This document shows positions 8,213 to 18,144 of a stretch of DNA of 64,000 nucleotides, in pieces. The position numbers and the translations under genes are program-made. Location of the stretch: assembly GCA_945929875.1 (NCBI GenBank), contig CAMEOO010000002.1, positions 65,813-129,812 on the forward strand, in the 5' to 3' direction. This stretch comes from an uncultured Bacillales bacterium. Its GTDB lineage: Bacteria > Bacillota_I > Bacilli_A > RFN20 > CAG-449. A model generated the notes under the pieces. It was given only the letters and a program-made list of their open reading frames with translations, was not told the origin of the DNA and ran no database searches. Each line of letters begins with the position of its first letter. Positions within the stretch are counted from its first letter, which is position 1.

Positions 8213-9046
8213 ATGCTTAATATTGGTTGTCATGTTTCTAGTGGAAAAGGATATGTAAATATGTATAAAGATACTATTTACGTTGGAGGAAACACTTTTC
8301 AGTTTTTCACTAGGAATCCTCGTGGAGGAAGCGTAAAAGAAGTGGATATTGATGATTTAAATAAATTCATCGAACTTAGTCAAAAGGATAATTTTGCTTA
8401 TTTACTCGCTCATGCTCCATACACTTTAAACTGTGCATCTAAAGACCCTCACATAAGAGAATTTGCAATCAAAGTATTTAAAGAAGATTTAAAAGTTTTA
8501 AATTTACTTCCTAAAGTATATTACAACTTCCATCCAGGAAGTCATGTTGGCCAAGGGGAAGAAGAAGGAATATCCTTAATAATCGATGCTTTAAATAACG
8601 TTATTGAAGAAGATCAACCTACGATGATCCTCCTTGAAACTATGGCGGGAAAAGGTAGTGAAATCGGCTATACTTTTGAGCAAATTAGAAAAATTATGGA
8701 TGGAGTTACCTTTAAAGATAAAGTGGGAGTATGCTTAGATACCTGCCACGTTTCTGATGGAGGATATGATATCGTCAATGATTTAGATGGAGTTCTAAAT
8801 CACTTTGACCAAGTTATTGGACTTGATCATTTAAAAGCGATCCATTTAAATGATAGTAAAAATATTATGGGAGCAAGAAAGGATCGCCACGAAAAAATAG
8901 GTGAAGGTTATTTAGGAAGAGAAACATTTAGAAAGATAATCAATCATCCAAAATTAAAAGATTTGCCATTTATTTTAGAAACTCCAAATGAATTAGATGG
9001 CTATAAAGAAGAAATAGAGCTTTTAAAAGAAATGAAAGAAGATTAG
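8213..9046 (+). CDS. nfo: deoxyribonuclease IV (endonuclease IV)
   Basis: IGCHVS...[11 protein letters not shown]...ETMAGKGSE...CLDTCH...HLNDSK...DRHEKIGEG matches the Nfo TIM-barrel metal-ligand pattern. Confidence 0.9.
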   Translation: MLNIGCHVSSGKGYVNMYKDTIYVGGNTFQFFTRNPRGGSVKEVDIDDLNKFIELSQKDNFAYLLAHAPYTLNCASKDPHIREFAIKVFKEDLKVLNLLPKVYYNFHPGSHVGQGEEEGISLIIDALNNVIEEDQPTMILLETMAGKGSEIGYTFEQIRKIMDGVTFKDKVGVCLDTCHVSDGGYDIVNDLDGVLNHFDQVIGLDHLKAIHLNDSKNIMGARKDRHEKIGEGYLGRETFRKIINHPKLKDLPFILETPNELDGYKEEIELLKEMKED

Positions 9047-9047
9047 T

Positions 9048-9761
9048 ATGCAAAGATATTTTGTCAATCAAATTAATAATGATAGAGTGATTCTAAATAA
9101 AGAGCAAGAACACCACATTTTAAAAGTGATGAGAATGAAAGAAAATGAAGAGATCACTTGCGTAAATGAAGGTAGAGTCTTTTTGTGTAAAATTACTTCT
9201 ACTAATCCTTTAGAAGTAGAAGTAACTAATCAATTAGAAGAAGATAATGAACTAAAGAATAAAGTAACTTTATTATATTGTTTACCTAAAGGAGATAAAT
9301 TAGATTTAGTGCTTCAAAAAGCTACTGAACTTGGAGTTTATGAAATCGTTTTGGTTCAGTCAGAAAGATGCGTCGCTAAAATTAAAAAAGAAGATGAAGA
9401 AAGAAAACTCGAAAGATTTAATAAAATAGTATTAGAGGCGAGCGAGCAATCTAAAAGAAGTGTGGTTCCTCTTGTCAATAAGATTATTTCTTTTAAAGAC
9501 ATCTCTAAGTATTCCTTTGATCATCAATTCATCGCTTATGAAAATGAGAAGGAAGATAGTTTTTATAGTGAACTAACTAAGGTAAATCCAGGTGAATCTA
9601 TTGGTATTTTAATTGGTAGTGAAGGAGGCTTTTCATTAAAAGAAGTTGACTTTGCTAAAGAAAATAATTATCATTCTATATCATTAGGAAAAAGAATATT
9701 AAGAAGTGAAACTGCAGTTTTCTATGCATTGAGTGCAATTGGCTTTTATTTGGAGAGATAG
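9048..9761 (+). CDS. rsmE: 16S rRNA (uracil1498-N3)-methyltransferase RsmE
   Basis: MQRYFV start, PUA-like N-terminus, C-terminal GSEGGF...LGKRILRSETA SPOUT motif. Sits upstream of mtaB, though a 277-aa ORF lies between them here. Confidence 0.85.
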   Translation: MQRYFVNQINNDRVILNKEQEHHILKVMRMKENEEITCVNEGRVFLCKITSTNPLEVEVTNQLEEDNELKNKVTLLYCLPKGDKLDLVLQKATELGVYEIVLVQSERCVAKIKKEDEERKLERFNKIVLEASEQSKRSVVPLVNKIISFKDISKYSFDHQFIAYENEKEDSFYSELTKVNPGESIGILIGSEGGFSLKEVDFAKENNYHSISLGKRILRSETAVFYALSAIGFYLER

Positions 9762-9763
9762 AT

Positions 9764-10597
9764 ATGATATATACTTTATTACAAAAAAGAAAAAGAAAAG
9801 TAAATATTCATCAAACTGACGATTATAAATTTTACGCTAAAAATGCGCCTATTTATGCGCAAATATTGGCTTTTTACCACTTTGGCTTAAGTGAAAACCA
9901 GCCTTTTAGAATCATTCAAGCAAACATCATTATTAAAGCGATGATGAATAAAGAGTTAATCGAATCTAAACTTGAAAGTTTTTCTTTAGAATCTACGCAA
10001 AACACACAAATCAAACAAGACGAATATATAAAAAATAAGGTATGGAAATTATTAGACGATAATAGCGCTCCTTATTTTCCTCAAGATAAGTCGAGAATCT
10101 ACGTTCCGATTTTTTCACGTTCATTGAATCTAATTTACAATGAAGAATGCTCGAAATTATTAGAGTATCCATACAATAATTTGATGGAAAAGCCTCAAAC
10201 TTCTTGTGTCGACTTGTTTGACACCTATGGAATTGATCTATATAATTCACCATTTACTTCTTTGATTTTGATTAGAAAAGATAAAACTTCATCCGCTTTC
10301 TATCATCACGATTTTGAAACTCTATATATCATTAATGATCAAGGAAGATTAGACTTAGAAATTCCTTTATACGACAAATATATTAAAAATCCTGACCAAC
10401 ATAAAATCATTAATAAAATTGAAGATGTGGTTGAGAAGTTTTATTCTAATGACTACTTTGAATTTGTTAGGTCCTTATATGTAAATCGTTTTATTTCTAG
10501 AAAAACATATAATAAGATCAGATATAAAATTTCTTTAAATTTCTTATGGAAAGAAAAAATTTTTAGAAAAGGAAAAAACAGCGATGAAGTATTATAA
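9764..10597 (+). CDS. hypothetical protein (277 aa)
   Basis: Tightly packed between rsmE and mtaB (2-nt gap, 14-nt overlap). RBS GGAGAG. No motif recognised. Confidence 0.5.
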   Translation: MIYTLLQKRKRKVNIHQTDDYKFYAKNAPIYAQILAFYHFGLSENQPFRIIQANIIIKAMMNKELIESKLESFSLESTQNTQIKQDEYIKNKVWKLLDDNSAPYFPQDKSRIYVPIFSRSLNLIYNEECSKLLEYPYNNLMEKPQTSCVDLFDTYGIDLYNSPFTSLILIRKDKTSSAFYHHDFETLYIINDQGRLDLEIPLYDKYIKNPDQHKIINKIEDVVEKFYSNDYFEFVRSLYVNRFISRKTYNKIRYKISLNFLWKEKIFRKGKNSDEVL

Positions 10598-11858
10598 AAC
10601 ATATACTCTTGGATGCAAAGTAAATACTTATGAGACGCAAGCAGTTTGCACTCTTTTAGAAAAAGAAGGATATCAAGAATCCAAAGACGATCGTTGCGAT
10701 TTAATAATTGTCAACACTTGTGCAGTGACGTTAACAAGCGAATCTAAATCTCGTCAAAAAATTAGATCTTTAAAAAAGCTTTACCCAAATGCAGTGATGT
10801 TTGTCATGGGTTGCTATAGTCAACTTCACCCTGAGCAAGTAGAAAAAATACAAGGGGTTGACATCGTAATAGGTACGAGTAAAAGGAATGAAATTGTTAA
10901 ACTAATTAATCAATATTTTAACGATAAAGAAAAAATTGTTGAAGTAGATAAGGAAAACCGCAACCAAAAATATGAGTGTTTAAACATTTCTTCTTACAAT
11001 GAAAACACTAGAGCGTTTTTAAAAATTCAAGATGGATGCAATAACTTTTGTTCATATTGCGTTATTCCTTATACTCGAGGAAATATTAGAAGTAGGCCAA
11101 AAGAAGAGATCATTTGCGAAGTTAAACGATTAGTTGATAACTCATATCAAGAAATTGTTTTAACTGGGATCGATATGGCTAGTTACGGTGTCGATTTTGA
11201 TAATTCGACTTCTTTAAACGATTTGATCGATGAAATATTAAGTAAAAATCCATCTTTAAAAAGACTGAGAATTTCTTCTTTAGAAGCTAGCCAAATTACG
11301 GATGAATTTATTTCTTTATTAATTAAATATCCTCAAATTGCTCGACATCTTCACATTCCTCTTCAATCTGGAAGTGAAGGGGTATTAAAAAGGATGAACC
11401 GTAAATACACTAAAGAACAATTTAGAGAAGATATTAGAAAAATTAGAAACGTTATCCCCGACATCGCTCTAGCTTGCGATGTAATCGTCGGTTTCCCTGG
11501 GGAAACTGAAGAAGAATTTATGGAAACATACAATTTTATCATCGATTGCGGTTTTGATTATCTTCACGTTTTCCCTTATTCTCCTCGACCTGGAACTTTA
11601 GCTAGTAAGATGGAAAATCAAATTCCAGAGTCAATAAAAAAGGAAAGAGTCACTCGATTAATTGAATTAGGAAAGAACTTAAAAGATAAATACGAGGATA
11701 CATTTGAAGGGAAGGAAGTAGAGGTTATTATTGAAACTTATGACCCTAAATTAAAAATGTATCATGGATATTCAAGTAATTACCTCGATGTTTACGTTAA
11801 AAGCGAAGAAAATATTAAAGGGAAACTTATTAAAGCGATTTACCATAAGATGAAATAA
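10584..11858 (+). CDS. mtaB: tRNA t6A37 methylthiotransferase MtaB (radical SAM)
   Basis: UPF0004 N-domain (TLGCKVN...NTCAVT), radical-SAM CNNFCSYC motif, C-terminal TRAM-like domain. Confidence 0.85.
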   Translation: MKYYKTYTLGCKVNTYETQAVCTLLEKEGYQESKDDRCDLIIVNTCAVTLTSESKSRQKIRSLKKLYPNAVMFVMGCYSQLHPEQVEKIQGVDIVIGTSKRNEIVKLINQYFNDKEKIVEVDKENRNQKYECLNISSYNENTRAFLKIQDGCNNFCSYCVIPYTRGNIRSRPKEEIICEVKRLVDNSYQEIVLTGIDMASYGVDFDNSTSLNDLIDEILSKNPSLKRLRISSLEASQITDEFISLLIKYPQIARHLHIPLQSGSEGVLKRMNRKYTKEQFREDIRKIRNVIPDIALACDVIVGFPGETEEEFMETYNFIIDCGFDYLHVFPYSPRPGTLASKMENQIPESIKKERVTRLIELGKNLKDKYEDTFEGKEVEVIIETYDPKLKMYHGYSSNYLDVYVKSEENIKGKLIKAIYHKMK

Positions 11859-11918
11859 ATAATATAAATTATTTATATCTATTACTATGCAATTATTTTA
11901 CAATAATTTGAATTTTTA

Positions 11919-11947
11919 TTGACACTTTAGTTTAATTAATATAAAAT
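11919..11947 (+). promoter_or_regulatory. sigma-A type promoter of rpmF
   Basis: TTGACA, 17 nt, TAAAAT. Confidence 0.55.
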
Positions 11948-11991
11948 TAACAACGTGTCGATTTGGAAAACGACTTAGGAGGTGTGTAAAA

Positions 11992-12174
11992 ATGGCAGTT
12001 CCATTTAGAAGAACATCTAAAACAACAAAAAGAATGCGTAGAACACATTTTAAGTTATCTGTTACTGGATTAACAAAATGTAGCAATTGTGGAGCAACAA
12101 TCGTTTCACACCGCGTTTGCCCAGAATGTGGTTATTATGATGGCAAACAAGTTGTTGATGTTAAAAGTAAATAA
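11992..12174 (+). CDS. rpmF: 50S ribosomal protein L32 (zinc-ribbon form)
   Basis: [19 protein letters not shown] plus CSNCG...CPECG. RBS TAGGAGGTG. Confidence 0.95.
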   Translation: MAVPFRRTSKTTKRMRRTHFKLSVTGLTKCSNCGATIVSHRVCPECGYYDGKQVVDVKSK

Positions 12175-12184
12175 CTAAGAAAAT

Positions 12185-12209
12185 AGGCTCAAAAACGAGT
12201 CTTTTTTTG
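12185..12209 (+). terminator. intrinsic terminator after rpmF
   Basis: AGGCTC-aaaaac-GAGTCT (one G-U pair) then TTTTTTT. Confidence 0.7.
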
Positions 12210-12315
12210 TGCATAAAAATAACAACTTGTATAATAAAAAAAATTATTTTAAAATAAACATATCTTATTAGAAAGGATTCTAGATTCTTTTTTTCTAGAA
12301 TTTATAGGCATTAAT

Positions 12316-13251
12316 ATGTATTACGTAATAGCTTCTGGTAAAAAAAATACCAAATTATCAAAAGATACCATAAATAATTTAGAGACAAAACTAAAAGAAA
12401 GAAAAGTTGATTATCATCTTTTTGTTAGCCTCTATCCAGGACATGCTGAAGAATTAACTAAAGCTTGTTGCAAGGAAAAAGATTGCCAAGCGATCATTGC
12501 CGTTGGAGGAGATGGAACTTTTTATGAAGTATTAAACGGAATGGATACCTCAATTCCTATCGGATTTATCCCTGCTGGAACAGGAAATGATTTTGCTCGT
12601 AGTTTAGGTATTGGCGTGGACATAGATGAATGCTTAGATAATATCCTAAATAATGAACCTATATATCTTGATTATTTACAAGTAAACTCTCGAAGAGCTT
12701 TTAATGTAGTAGGAAGTGGATTTGATATTGAACTTTTGAAAAGAGAAGATCGAATTAGAAAGAAGATTCACTCTAGAAAGAGTTATTACATCGCTCTATT
12801 AATCACTTTGTTTAGAATTAAATTTTTCAAGATGACTTTTAAAGCCGATGATCAAGACAAGGTTACTACTTCTTTCTTCATGTTTGATTGTTGTAATGGC
12901 ATTTGGGGAGGAGGAATGCTTCCTCTTTGCGTAGACGCTTCCACTTATGATGGGTATATCGATTTTGTTTACATTACTACTTTTAATAAATTAAAATTAT
13001 TGCCATTATTATTAAAATTCCAAAAAGGAAAATTGGCTTCGACAAAGTATGTAAAAAGAATTAGATGTAAGTCAATCGACATCTCTGTTGAACAAAATAT
13101 CGAAGCTAATTTAGATGGAGAAATCTTACCTCTATTTCCAATACATGTAGAAGTAGTGCACAATCAACTTAAGTATTTCCCATCATCTAAACCACCTATC
13201 GATCCAATAGAATTACTAAATAATCGAAAATTAAAGAAAAAAGCTGTATAA
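12316..13251 (+). CDS. diacylglycerol-kinase-family lipid kinase (DagK/YegS-like)
   Basis: [14 protein letters not shown] and [13 protein letters not shown] motifs of the DAGK catalytic domain. Confidence 0.85.
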   Translation: MYYVIASGKKNTKLSKDTINNLETKLKERKVDYHLFVSLYPGHAEELTKACCKEKDCQAIIAVGGDGTFYEVLNGMDTSIPIGFIPAGTGNDFARSLGIGVDIDECLDNILNNEPIYLDYLQVNSRRAFNVVGSGFDIELLKREDRIRKKIHSRKSYYIALLITLFRIKFFKMTFKADDQDKVTTSFFMFDCCNGIWGGGMLPLCVDASTYDGYIDFVYITTFNKLKLLPLLLKFQKGKLASTKYVKRIRCKSIDISVEQNIEANLDGEILPLFPIHVEVVHNQLKYFPSSKPPIDPIELLNNRKLKKKAV

Positions 13252-13274
13252 TTGATATTAAGGAGATAAAAAAT

Positions 13275-13922
13275 ATGGAATACAACAAGTTTATTGATCA
13301 CACATTATTAAAACCAGATGCAAGAGACGAACAGATAGTAAAATTATGCGATGAAGCATTAGAAAATCATTTCGCTTCAGTATGCGTAAATCCAGGATAC
13401 GTTAAATTATGCTATGAAAAATTAAAAGAATCTGACGTAAAAGTCTGTACTGTAGTTGGCTTTCCTCTTGGAGCTACTTCTACTGAATCTAAAGTATTTG
13501 AAACTAAGCAAGCTATCAAAGATGGAGCAAGTGAAATCGATATGGTAATCAATGTTTCTCGACTAAAGGAACATGATGATGAATATGTACTAAACGAAAT
13601 TAGAAAAATTAAAAGAGCATGCAAGAAGCTAGTTTTAAAGGTAATTATCGAGACTTGCTTATTAACTGATGAAGAAAAAGTTAGAGTTTGTAAACTCGCT
13701 AAAAAAGCAAAGGCTGACTTTGTTAAAACTTCTACTGGTTTTTCTACTGGTGGAGCCACTGCTAGCGATGTCAAACTTATGAGAAAAGCCGTTGGAAAAA
13801 AGATGGGGGTCAAAGCTAGCGGAGGAGTAAGAGATTCTATATCTTTCTTAGAGATGATTAAAGCTGGAGCAAATAGAATTGGTACTTCCAGCGGAATCAA
13901 AATCATGGAAGAATTAAAATAA
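13275..13922 (+). CDS. deoC: deoxyribose-phosphate aldolase
   Basis: [34 protein letters not shown] (Schiff-base Lys) and VKASGGVR motifs. Confidence 0.95.
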   Translation: MEYNKFIDHTLLKPDARDEQIVKLCDEALENHFASVCVNPGYVKLCYEKLKESDVKVCTVVGFPLGATSTESKVFETKQAIKDGASEIDMVINVSRLKEHDDEYVLNEIRKIKRACKKLVLKVIIETCLLTDEEKVRVCKLAKKAKADFVKTSTGFSTGGATASDVKLMRKAVGKKMGVKASGGVRDSISFLEMIKAGANRIGTSSGIKIMEELK

Positions 13923-13935
13923 ATACATGTAAATA

Positions 13936-13971
13936 AGAGATCCATTTTAATCAAAATGGGCTCTTTTTTTG
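13936..13971 (+). terminator. intrinsic terminator after deoC
   Basis: AGAGATCCATTTT-aatc-AAAATGGGCTCT then TTTTTTT. Confidence 0.8.
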
Positions 13972-14107
13972 AATAAAATAGAGAATTTTGTAAATTATAT
14001 TGATTAGGTGATAATTCTTTCTAACATTTATTTATGTTACTAGTTTAAAAAAGAAAATTTATCGCCTGGCTTTCTTCTAGATATTTGAAAATGAAAGCGC
14101 ATGAAAA

Positions 14108-14136
14108 TTGACAATGAAAATATTTTCATTTATAAT
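14108..14136 (+). promoter_or_regulatory. consensus sigma-A promoter with a palindromic spacer
   Basis: TTGACA, 17 nt, TATAAT. The spacer contains the perfect 16-nt palindrome ATGAAAATATTTTCAT (14114-14129). Confidence 0.7.
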
Positions 14137-14178
14137 GAAATTGCGCTTGTAACCATTTTCATAAAGGGAGTGGTGAGA

Positions 14179-14466
14179 ATGCGAAAGATGATTTTATCCT
14201 TTTCGTTAGGTTCACTAATGGGTATGGTAGTGATGGCAACCTGCAAGGGGCTCCATTCGTGCCAAGATGAAATGATGGATCTAATTAAGACTAAATGTCA
14301 AAAGCTAAAAAATCAAATGCAATCTTCAATTGAAAACATCTCTTGTAACATCAAAGAGACAATCGATGAGGTAAAAGATTCTTTAGAATCGATAGATTTA
14401 GAAGAGTTACCTCCAAAAGTAAAAAGAACTATCAGTAAAGTTAAATCTTCACTAGGTAATTTATAA
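14179..14466 (+). CDS. small membrane-anchored coiled-coil protein (95 aa), function unknown
   Basis: I place the start at MRKMILSF (14179) after GGAGTGGTGAG. The track start 14101 lies inside the promoter. One N-terminal hydrophobic helix, then a charged helical region. Confidence 0.6.
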   Translation: MRKMILSFSLGSLMGMVVMATCKGLHSCQDEMMDLIKTKCQKLKNQMQSSIENISCNIKETIDEVKDSLESIDLEELPPKVKRTISKVKSSLGNL

Positions 14467-14485
14467 GAAGAAAGCATACTTTTGT

Positions 14486-14515
14486 AAAAAGCGCGAACTA
14501 GGCGCTTTTTGTTTT
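14486..14515 (+). terminator. intrinsic terminator
   Basis: AAAAAGCGC-gaactag-GCGCTTTTT then GTTTT. Confidence 0.85.
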
Positions 14516-14528
14516 AGGAGGAAGTAAA

Positions 14529-15527
14529 ATGGGAATTTACAAGGATCGAGTTACAATTTATGAAGTAGCAAAAGCTTCAGGAGTTAGTTTAGCTACTGTT
14601 AGTAGAGTTATTAACAATCAATCAAATGTTACTCCAGAAACTCGAAAAAAAGTAGAAGATACTATCGCTAGACTAGGCTATAAACCAAATGCTTTAGCCC
14701 AAGGCTTAGCGACTAATAGAACCACGAATATCGGTATTGTTATTCCTGATGTCAACTATGTTCACATTTCCAATTTGCTTTCTGGATTAATTGATATTGG
14801 TAAGATTTATGGATATCAAACTACTTTGTTCGTTACTAAACACTCTGTTCAAGATACTAAAGATGTAATTGCAAAATTAATTACTTCCCATGTAGATGGA
14901 GCAATCGTCTTTGATGACGAACTAGAAAAAAGCGATGTCGATAACATCATAAAATATAAGATTCCTTTAATTTTAATTGGAGGAAAATTCGACGTTTCTG
15001 GTGACAAAGTGGCTTGTATTTCCTTAAACTATTCTTCATGCTTAAAAGAAGTCATTTACAAACACATTCAAGAAGATAAAACAAAAGTTACCTTTATTCA
15101 TTCGACAAATGAAGGAAAGATGATTACCATCATCGAAAATGAAATCATGAGCGGACTTAGCCAAGATAAATTCGATACGATGGTAATTACCGATTCTTAT
15201 CATGAAACATATTATCAATTTATTGAGCATTTCAAGAAAGTGAAAAAGGGATATTATATTTGTCCAAGAGACTCTTTAGCCTGCGCAATTAGTAACGCCG
15301 CTTTAGATATGGGATTAAGAGTTCCAGAGGATGTTGAAGTTCTCTCTGCGATTGGAACGAAATATTCAGTGGTTTCAAGACCTACGATTTCTTCGTGTGA
15401 TTTGGATATGTATGAAGTTGGATCAATTGCAATGAGAATGATTACTAAGATTTTAAAAGATGAGCTCAAAGAAAAGAATTATGCTTTCAATGCTAGATTT
15501 AATTCTAGAGCATCTACAAAGGATTAA
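14529..15527 (+). CDS. LacI-family transcriptional regulator
   Basis: VTIYEVAKASGVSLATVSRVINN HTH followed by a periplasmic-binding-protein-like sugar-binding fold. 332 aa. Confidence 0.9.
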   Translation: MGIYKDRVTIYEVAKASGVSLATVSRVINNQSNVTPETRKKVEDTIARLGYKPNALAQGLATNRTTNIGIVIPDVNYVHISNLLSGLIDIGKIYGYQTTLFVTKHSVQDTKDVIAKLITSHVDGAIVFDDELEKSDVDNIIKYKIPLILIGGKFDVSGDKVACISLNYSSCLKEVIYKHIQEDKTKVTFIHSTNEGKMITIIENEIMSGLSQDKFDTMVITDSYHETYYQFIEHFKKVKKGYYICPRDSLACAISNAALDMGLRVPEDVEVLSAIGTKYSVVSRPTISSCDLDMYEVGSIAMRMITKILKDELKEKNYAFNARFNSRASTKD

Positions 15528-15529
15528 TT

Positions 15530-15826
15530 ATGTTATATAAATCTAAAGCAAAAATAGTATGGCTTGTCTTCTCAATTCTTTTTGCTCTTGCGGCAATTGT
15601 CTTTGTGATAATGAACCTTGCTACTTCAAAACCTTTATATTTAACAATTTCGATTGGACTAGCAACCATATTTTTTGTCTGTAAAGGAATAAGCGACTAT
15701 ATCGATAGCAAATATACTGCAAGAAAAGATCAAGCCTTTATGAGGCATATGGCCTATGGATTTTTTATCGGTGGAGGAATTTGTTTGATTATTTTTATCT
15801 TTCAACTAGTTTCTTCACTCATTTAA
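15530..15826 (+). CDS. small integral membrane protein (98 aa, 3-4 predicted TM helices)
   Basis: Hydrophobic segments. Starts 2 nt after the LacI stop. Confidence 0.55.
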   Translation: MLYKSKAKIVWLVFSILFALAAIVFVIMNLATSKPLYLTISIGLATIFFVCKGISDYIDSKYTARKDQAFMRHMAYGFFIGGGICLIIFIFQLVSSLI

Positions 15827-15846
15827 TTTTTTTTGAGGAATTGTCG

Positions 15847-18144
15847 ATGTTTGATTTAAAAATAATCGAGAATGATGTAATTATAGTTACTCCAAATAGT
15901 ATTAAGAAAGATCTTCTTCCTCATACTAATCTTTTAGATTACGATATTAAATTTATCTCTAAAGAAGAACTTAAGAAAAACAGTTTATTTGATTACGATG
16001 ATTTCTCTATCGCTTATTTAATTAAGAAAGGCTTTAGTTATTCCAATGCGAAAGAGATGATTGAAAATCTATATTTTTTAGATGAAACTAAAAAAGGAAT
16101 AAGTGAAAAAATCGATAGTTTATTAGATATTTATCATGAATTAATTGAAAATAAACTGTTATTTTTTTATCCAAACTACAAGTATTTATTTAGTAATAAA
16201 AAAGTAATCGTGTATGGTTATTCTAAATTTGATAAGGAATTAGTTAAATTATTAGAGCTTGTTAACGCTAATTATCTTTTTGTTTACGATGAAGAAAAAG
16301 AATATGAAAAAATCGTTTATAAATATGATGACATTGAAGATGAAGTTGATGAAGCATTTAATAATATTGCTCTACTAGTCACTTCAGGAGTCAATATAGA
16401 TAAAATTAAAATTTATTCATATTCAGAAGAATATGATTTAGTCATTAATAGATATAAAGAATATTATGATTTACCAATTAATTTTGAAAGTGAAATGAAT
16501 TTATCTTCATCTTTATATTTTAAAGAATTTCTTTCTTTGTATGAACAAAGTAATTTATTAGACGCTTTTAAGGACATTTGTGAAAAGATTAAAGTAGATA
16601 ATTATCATTTTATCGATAAATTAAAAAAAGTAATTATCGATGTTAATGGTTTATTTGATAATAAGCAAGAAGAAAGAAAATATCTAATAGAAAGCGCTAA
16701 AAATGTCAAATTAATAAACCCTAAGTATTTAAATGGTATCGATATAGTAGATTATCATGATATTAATGATGATTATATTTTTATTTTAGGTTTTGATTTA
16801 CTAAATTTTCCTTTCATTCATAAAGATAAATCATATTTAAGTGATAAAGATAAAAATATATTAGGAATAAATGACTCAACATCGTTAAATCTAATGGAAA
16901 AAGATTTACTAGTTAATTTTATTAAATCGCATTCTCATTTACATTTATCTTATAAAGATAAAATTGGTAAGGTAGTTTACTATCCTTCTTTATTAATAGA
17001 TGAATTACATCTTGAGGAAGTAAAAAATAAAATATCCTTAACTAGATATAGCGAAGTTTCTTTAAAGATGAAACTATGCAAAGAGTTAGATGTAAAAGAA
17101 AATTATGGAATTGAATCAAAATATGATATTCCCTTAGATATTCTTGACTATAAGACTTACGATCATAGTTTTAAAGGATTAACTTCTTATTTAGGGGTAA
17201 AGCATAATACGTTTTCCGTTTCAAAAATTGAATTATACAATAAATGTCCTTTTTCTTATTACGTGGATAATATTTTAAATCTCTCTTCTTTTACCTCCTC
17301 TTTTAATGCGACTCTAGGCACTTTTTATCACGCTATTTTAGAAAAAAGCGCTAAAGAGGAAGTAAACTTACAAGATTACTATTTGGAAATTGATTCCTTA
17401 TTTGATAACTTTAGTCGAAAGCATTTCGCTAAGAAATTATTACCTCAACTTAAGGACGTTATTAATTTTAATAATGATTTTCTAAAAGCAAATCCAAACT
17501 TAAAAGTAATGTGTGAAACTAGATTGAATTCATATCTAAACGACCAAGATAAATTATTTGGAATCGTCGATAAGATAATCTATTCTGATATTAGTAAAGC
17601 CTTAATCATCATCGATTATAAAACGGGTAATACTAGTTTTGAAGAAGAGAAGATTGAATATGGACTTTCACTTCAACTTCCAATATATTCTTATTTAGCT
17701 AATAAGAATTTTAAGGATTATCAAGTTGTGGGAATCTATATTCAAAATGTTCTAAAAGACACCTCTGAAAGTAGTAGTGATCTTAGATTAAATGGCATTA
17801 CTAAAAATGATCTTGAAGGAGTTAGTTCTATCGATTCTTCGTTAAATTACGTGATGAAAAGTACATATATTTATGGATTATCTTTAGATAAAAATCATAA
17901 GATCGAACAAAAAAAGAATATTCTTTCTGAAGAAAGATGGAATGAGGTTGTTAATAAAAGTTTAGATAGATTTAACGAATCTGTATCAAATATTAAAAAA
18001 GGAGAGTTTAGTATTTCTCCTCTTGACTTTATTGATGAGCAAACATCATGCTGCTCATATTGTAAACATAAAGATATATGTTTTAAAACTTACAAAGATG
18101 TAAGAAGAATTAACTTAAAGAAATCGGGTGAAGAAAGTGCCTAA
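15847..18144 (+). CDS. addB: helicase-nuclease subunit B (AddB/RexB-like), short form with an Fe-S-stapled PD-(D/E)XK nuclease
   Basis: I place the start at MFDLKII (15847) after GAGGAA. The C-terminal nuclease has YNKCPFSYY ... IIIDYKTG ... CCSYCKHKDIC (C...Cx2Cx5C). Lies immediately upstream of, and overlaps, addA. Confidence 0.8.
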   Translation: MFDLKIIENDVIIVTPNSIKKDLLPHTNLLDYDIKFISKEELKKNSLFDYDDFSIAYLIKKGFSYSNAKEMIENLYFLDETKKGISEKIDSLLDIYHELIENKLLFFYPNYKYLFSNKKVIVYGYSKFDKELVKLLELVNANYLFVYDEEKEYEKIVYKYDDIEDEVDEAFNNIALLVTSGVNIDKIKIYSYSEEYDLVINRYKEYYDLPINFESEMNLSSSLYFKEFLSLYEQSNLLDAFKDICEKIKVDNYHFIDKLKKVIIDVNGLFDNKQEERKYLIESAKNVKLINPKYLNGIDIVDYHDINDDYIFILGFDLLNFPFIHKDKSYLSDKDKNILGINDSTSLNLMEKDLLVNFIKSHSHLHLSYKDKIGKVVYYPSLLIDELHLEEVKNKISLTRYSEVSLKMKLCKELDVKENYGIESKYDIPLDILDYKTYDHSFKGLTSYLGVKHNTFSVSKIELYNKCPFSYYVDNILNLSSFTSSFNATLGTFYHAILEKSAKEEVNLQDYYLEIDSLFDNFSRKHFAKKLLPQLKDVINFNNDFLKANPNLKVMCETRLNSYLNDQDKLFGIVDKIIYSDISKALIIIDYKTGNTSFEEEKIEYGLSLQLPIYSYLANKNFKDYQVVGIYIQNVLKDTSESSSDLRLNGITKNDLEGVSSIDSSLNYVMKSTYIYGLSLDKNHKIEQKKNILSEERWNEVVNKSLDRFNESVSNIKKGEFSISPLDFIDEQTSCCSYCKHKDICFKTYKDVRRINLKKSGEESA

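Noticed and set aside
13412-13954. 180-aa minus-strand ORF antisense to deoC
   Set aside because: It is fully contained in the well-supported deoC gene. It has a low-complexity hydrophobic translation, no RBS and no motif. The same reasoning applies to 189-374, 6116-6373, 10011-10253, 12969-13163, 15042-15469, 21225-21419, 30952-31518, 32767-32958, 41769-41960, 42695-42913, 43154-43345, 43942-44202, 46023-46274, 48738-48968, 52104-52904, 55471-55770 and 58068-58253.
14088-14104. CcpA cre site (ATGAAAGCGCATGAA); also a half-site near 22447-22460 upstream of adhE
   Set aside because: Only one half of the cre palindrome matches in each case. This is more simply explained by the ATGAAA repeat family (first site) or by chance (second site).
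15781-15846. N-terminal extensions implied by track start codons (also 2516-2551, 14101-14178, 21229-21252, 22519-22551, 27716-27736, 31640-31690, 32516-32563, 35693-35704, 36660-36668, 38213-38224, 41218-41226, 54910-54933)
   Set aside because: In each case a downstream ATG has a properly spaced GGAGG-like RBS and gives the family-typical N-terminus. The upstream TTG/GTG/ATG lacks an RBS, or overlaps a promoter or the preceding gene.
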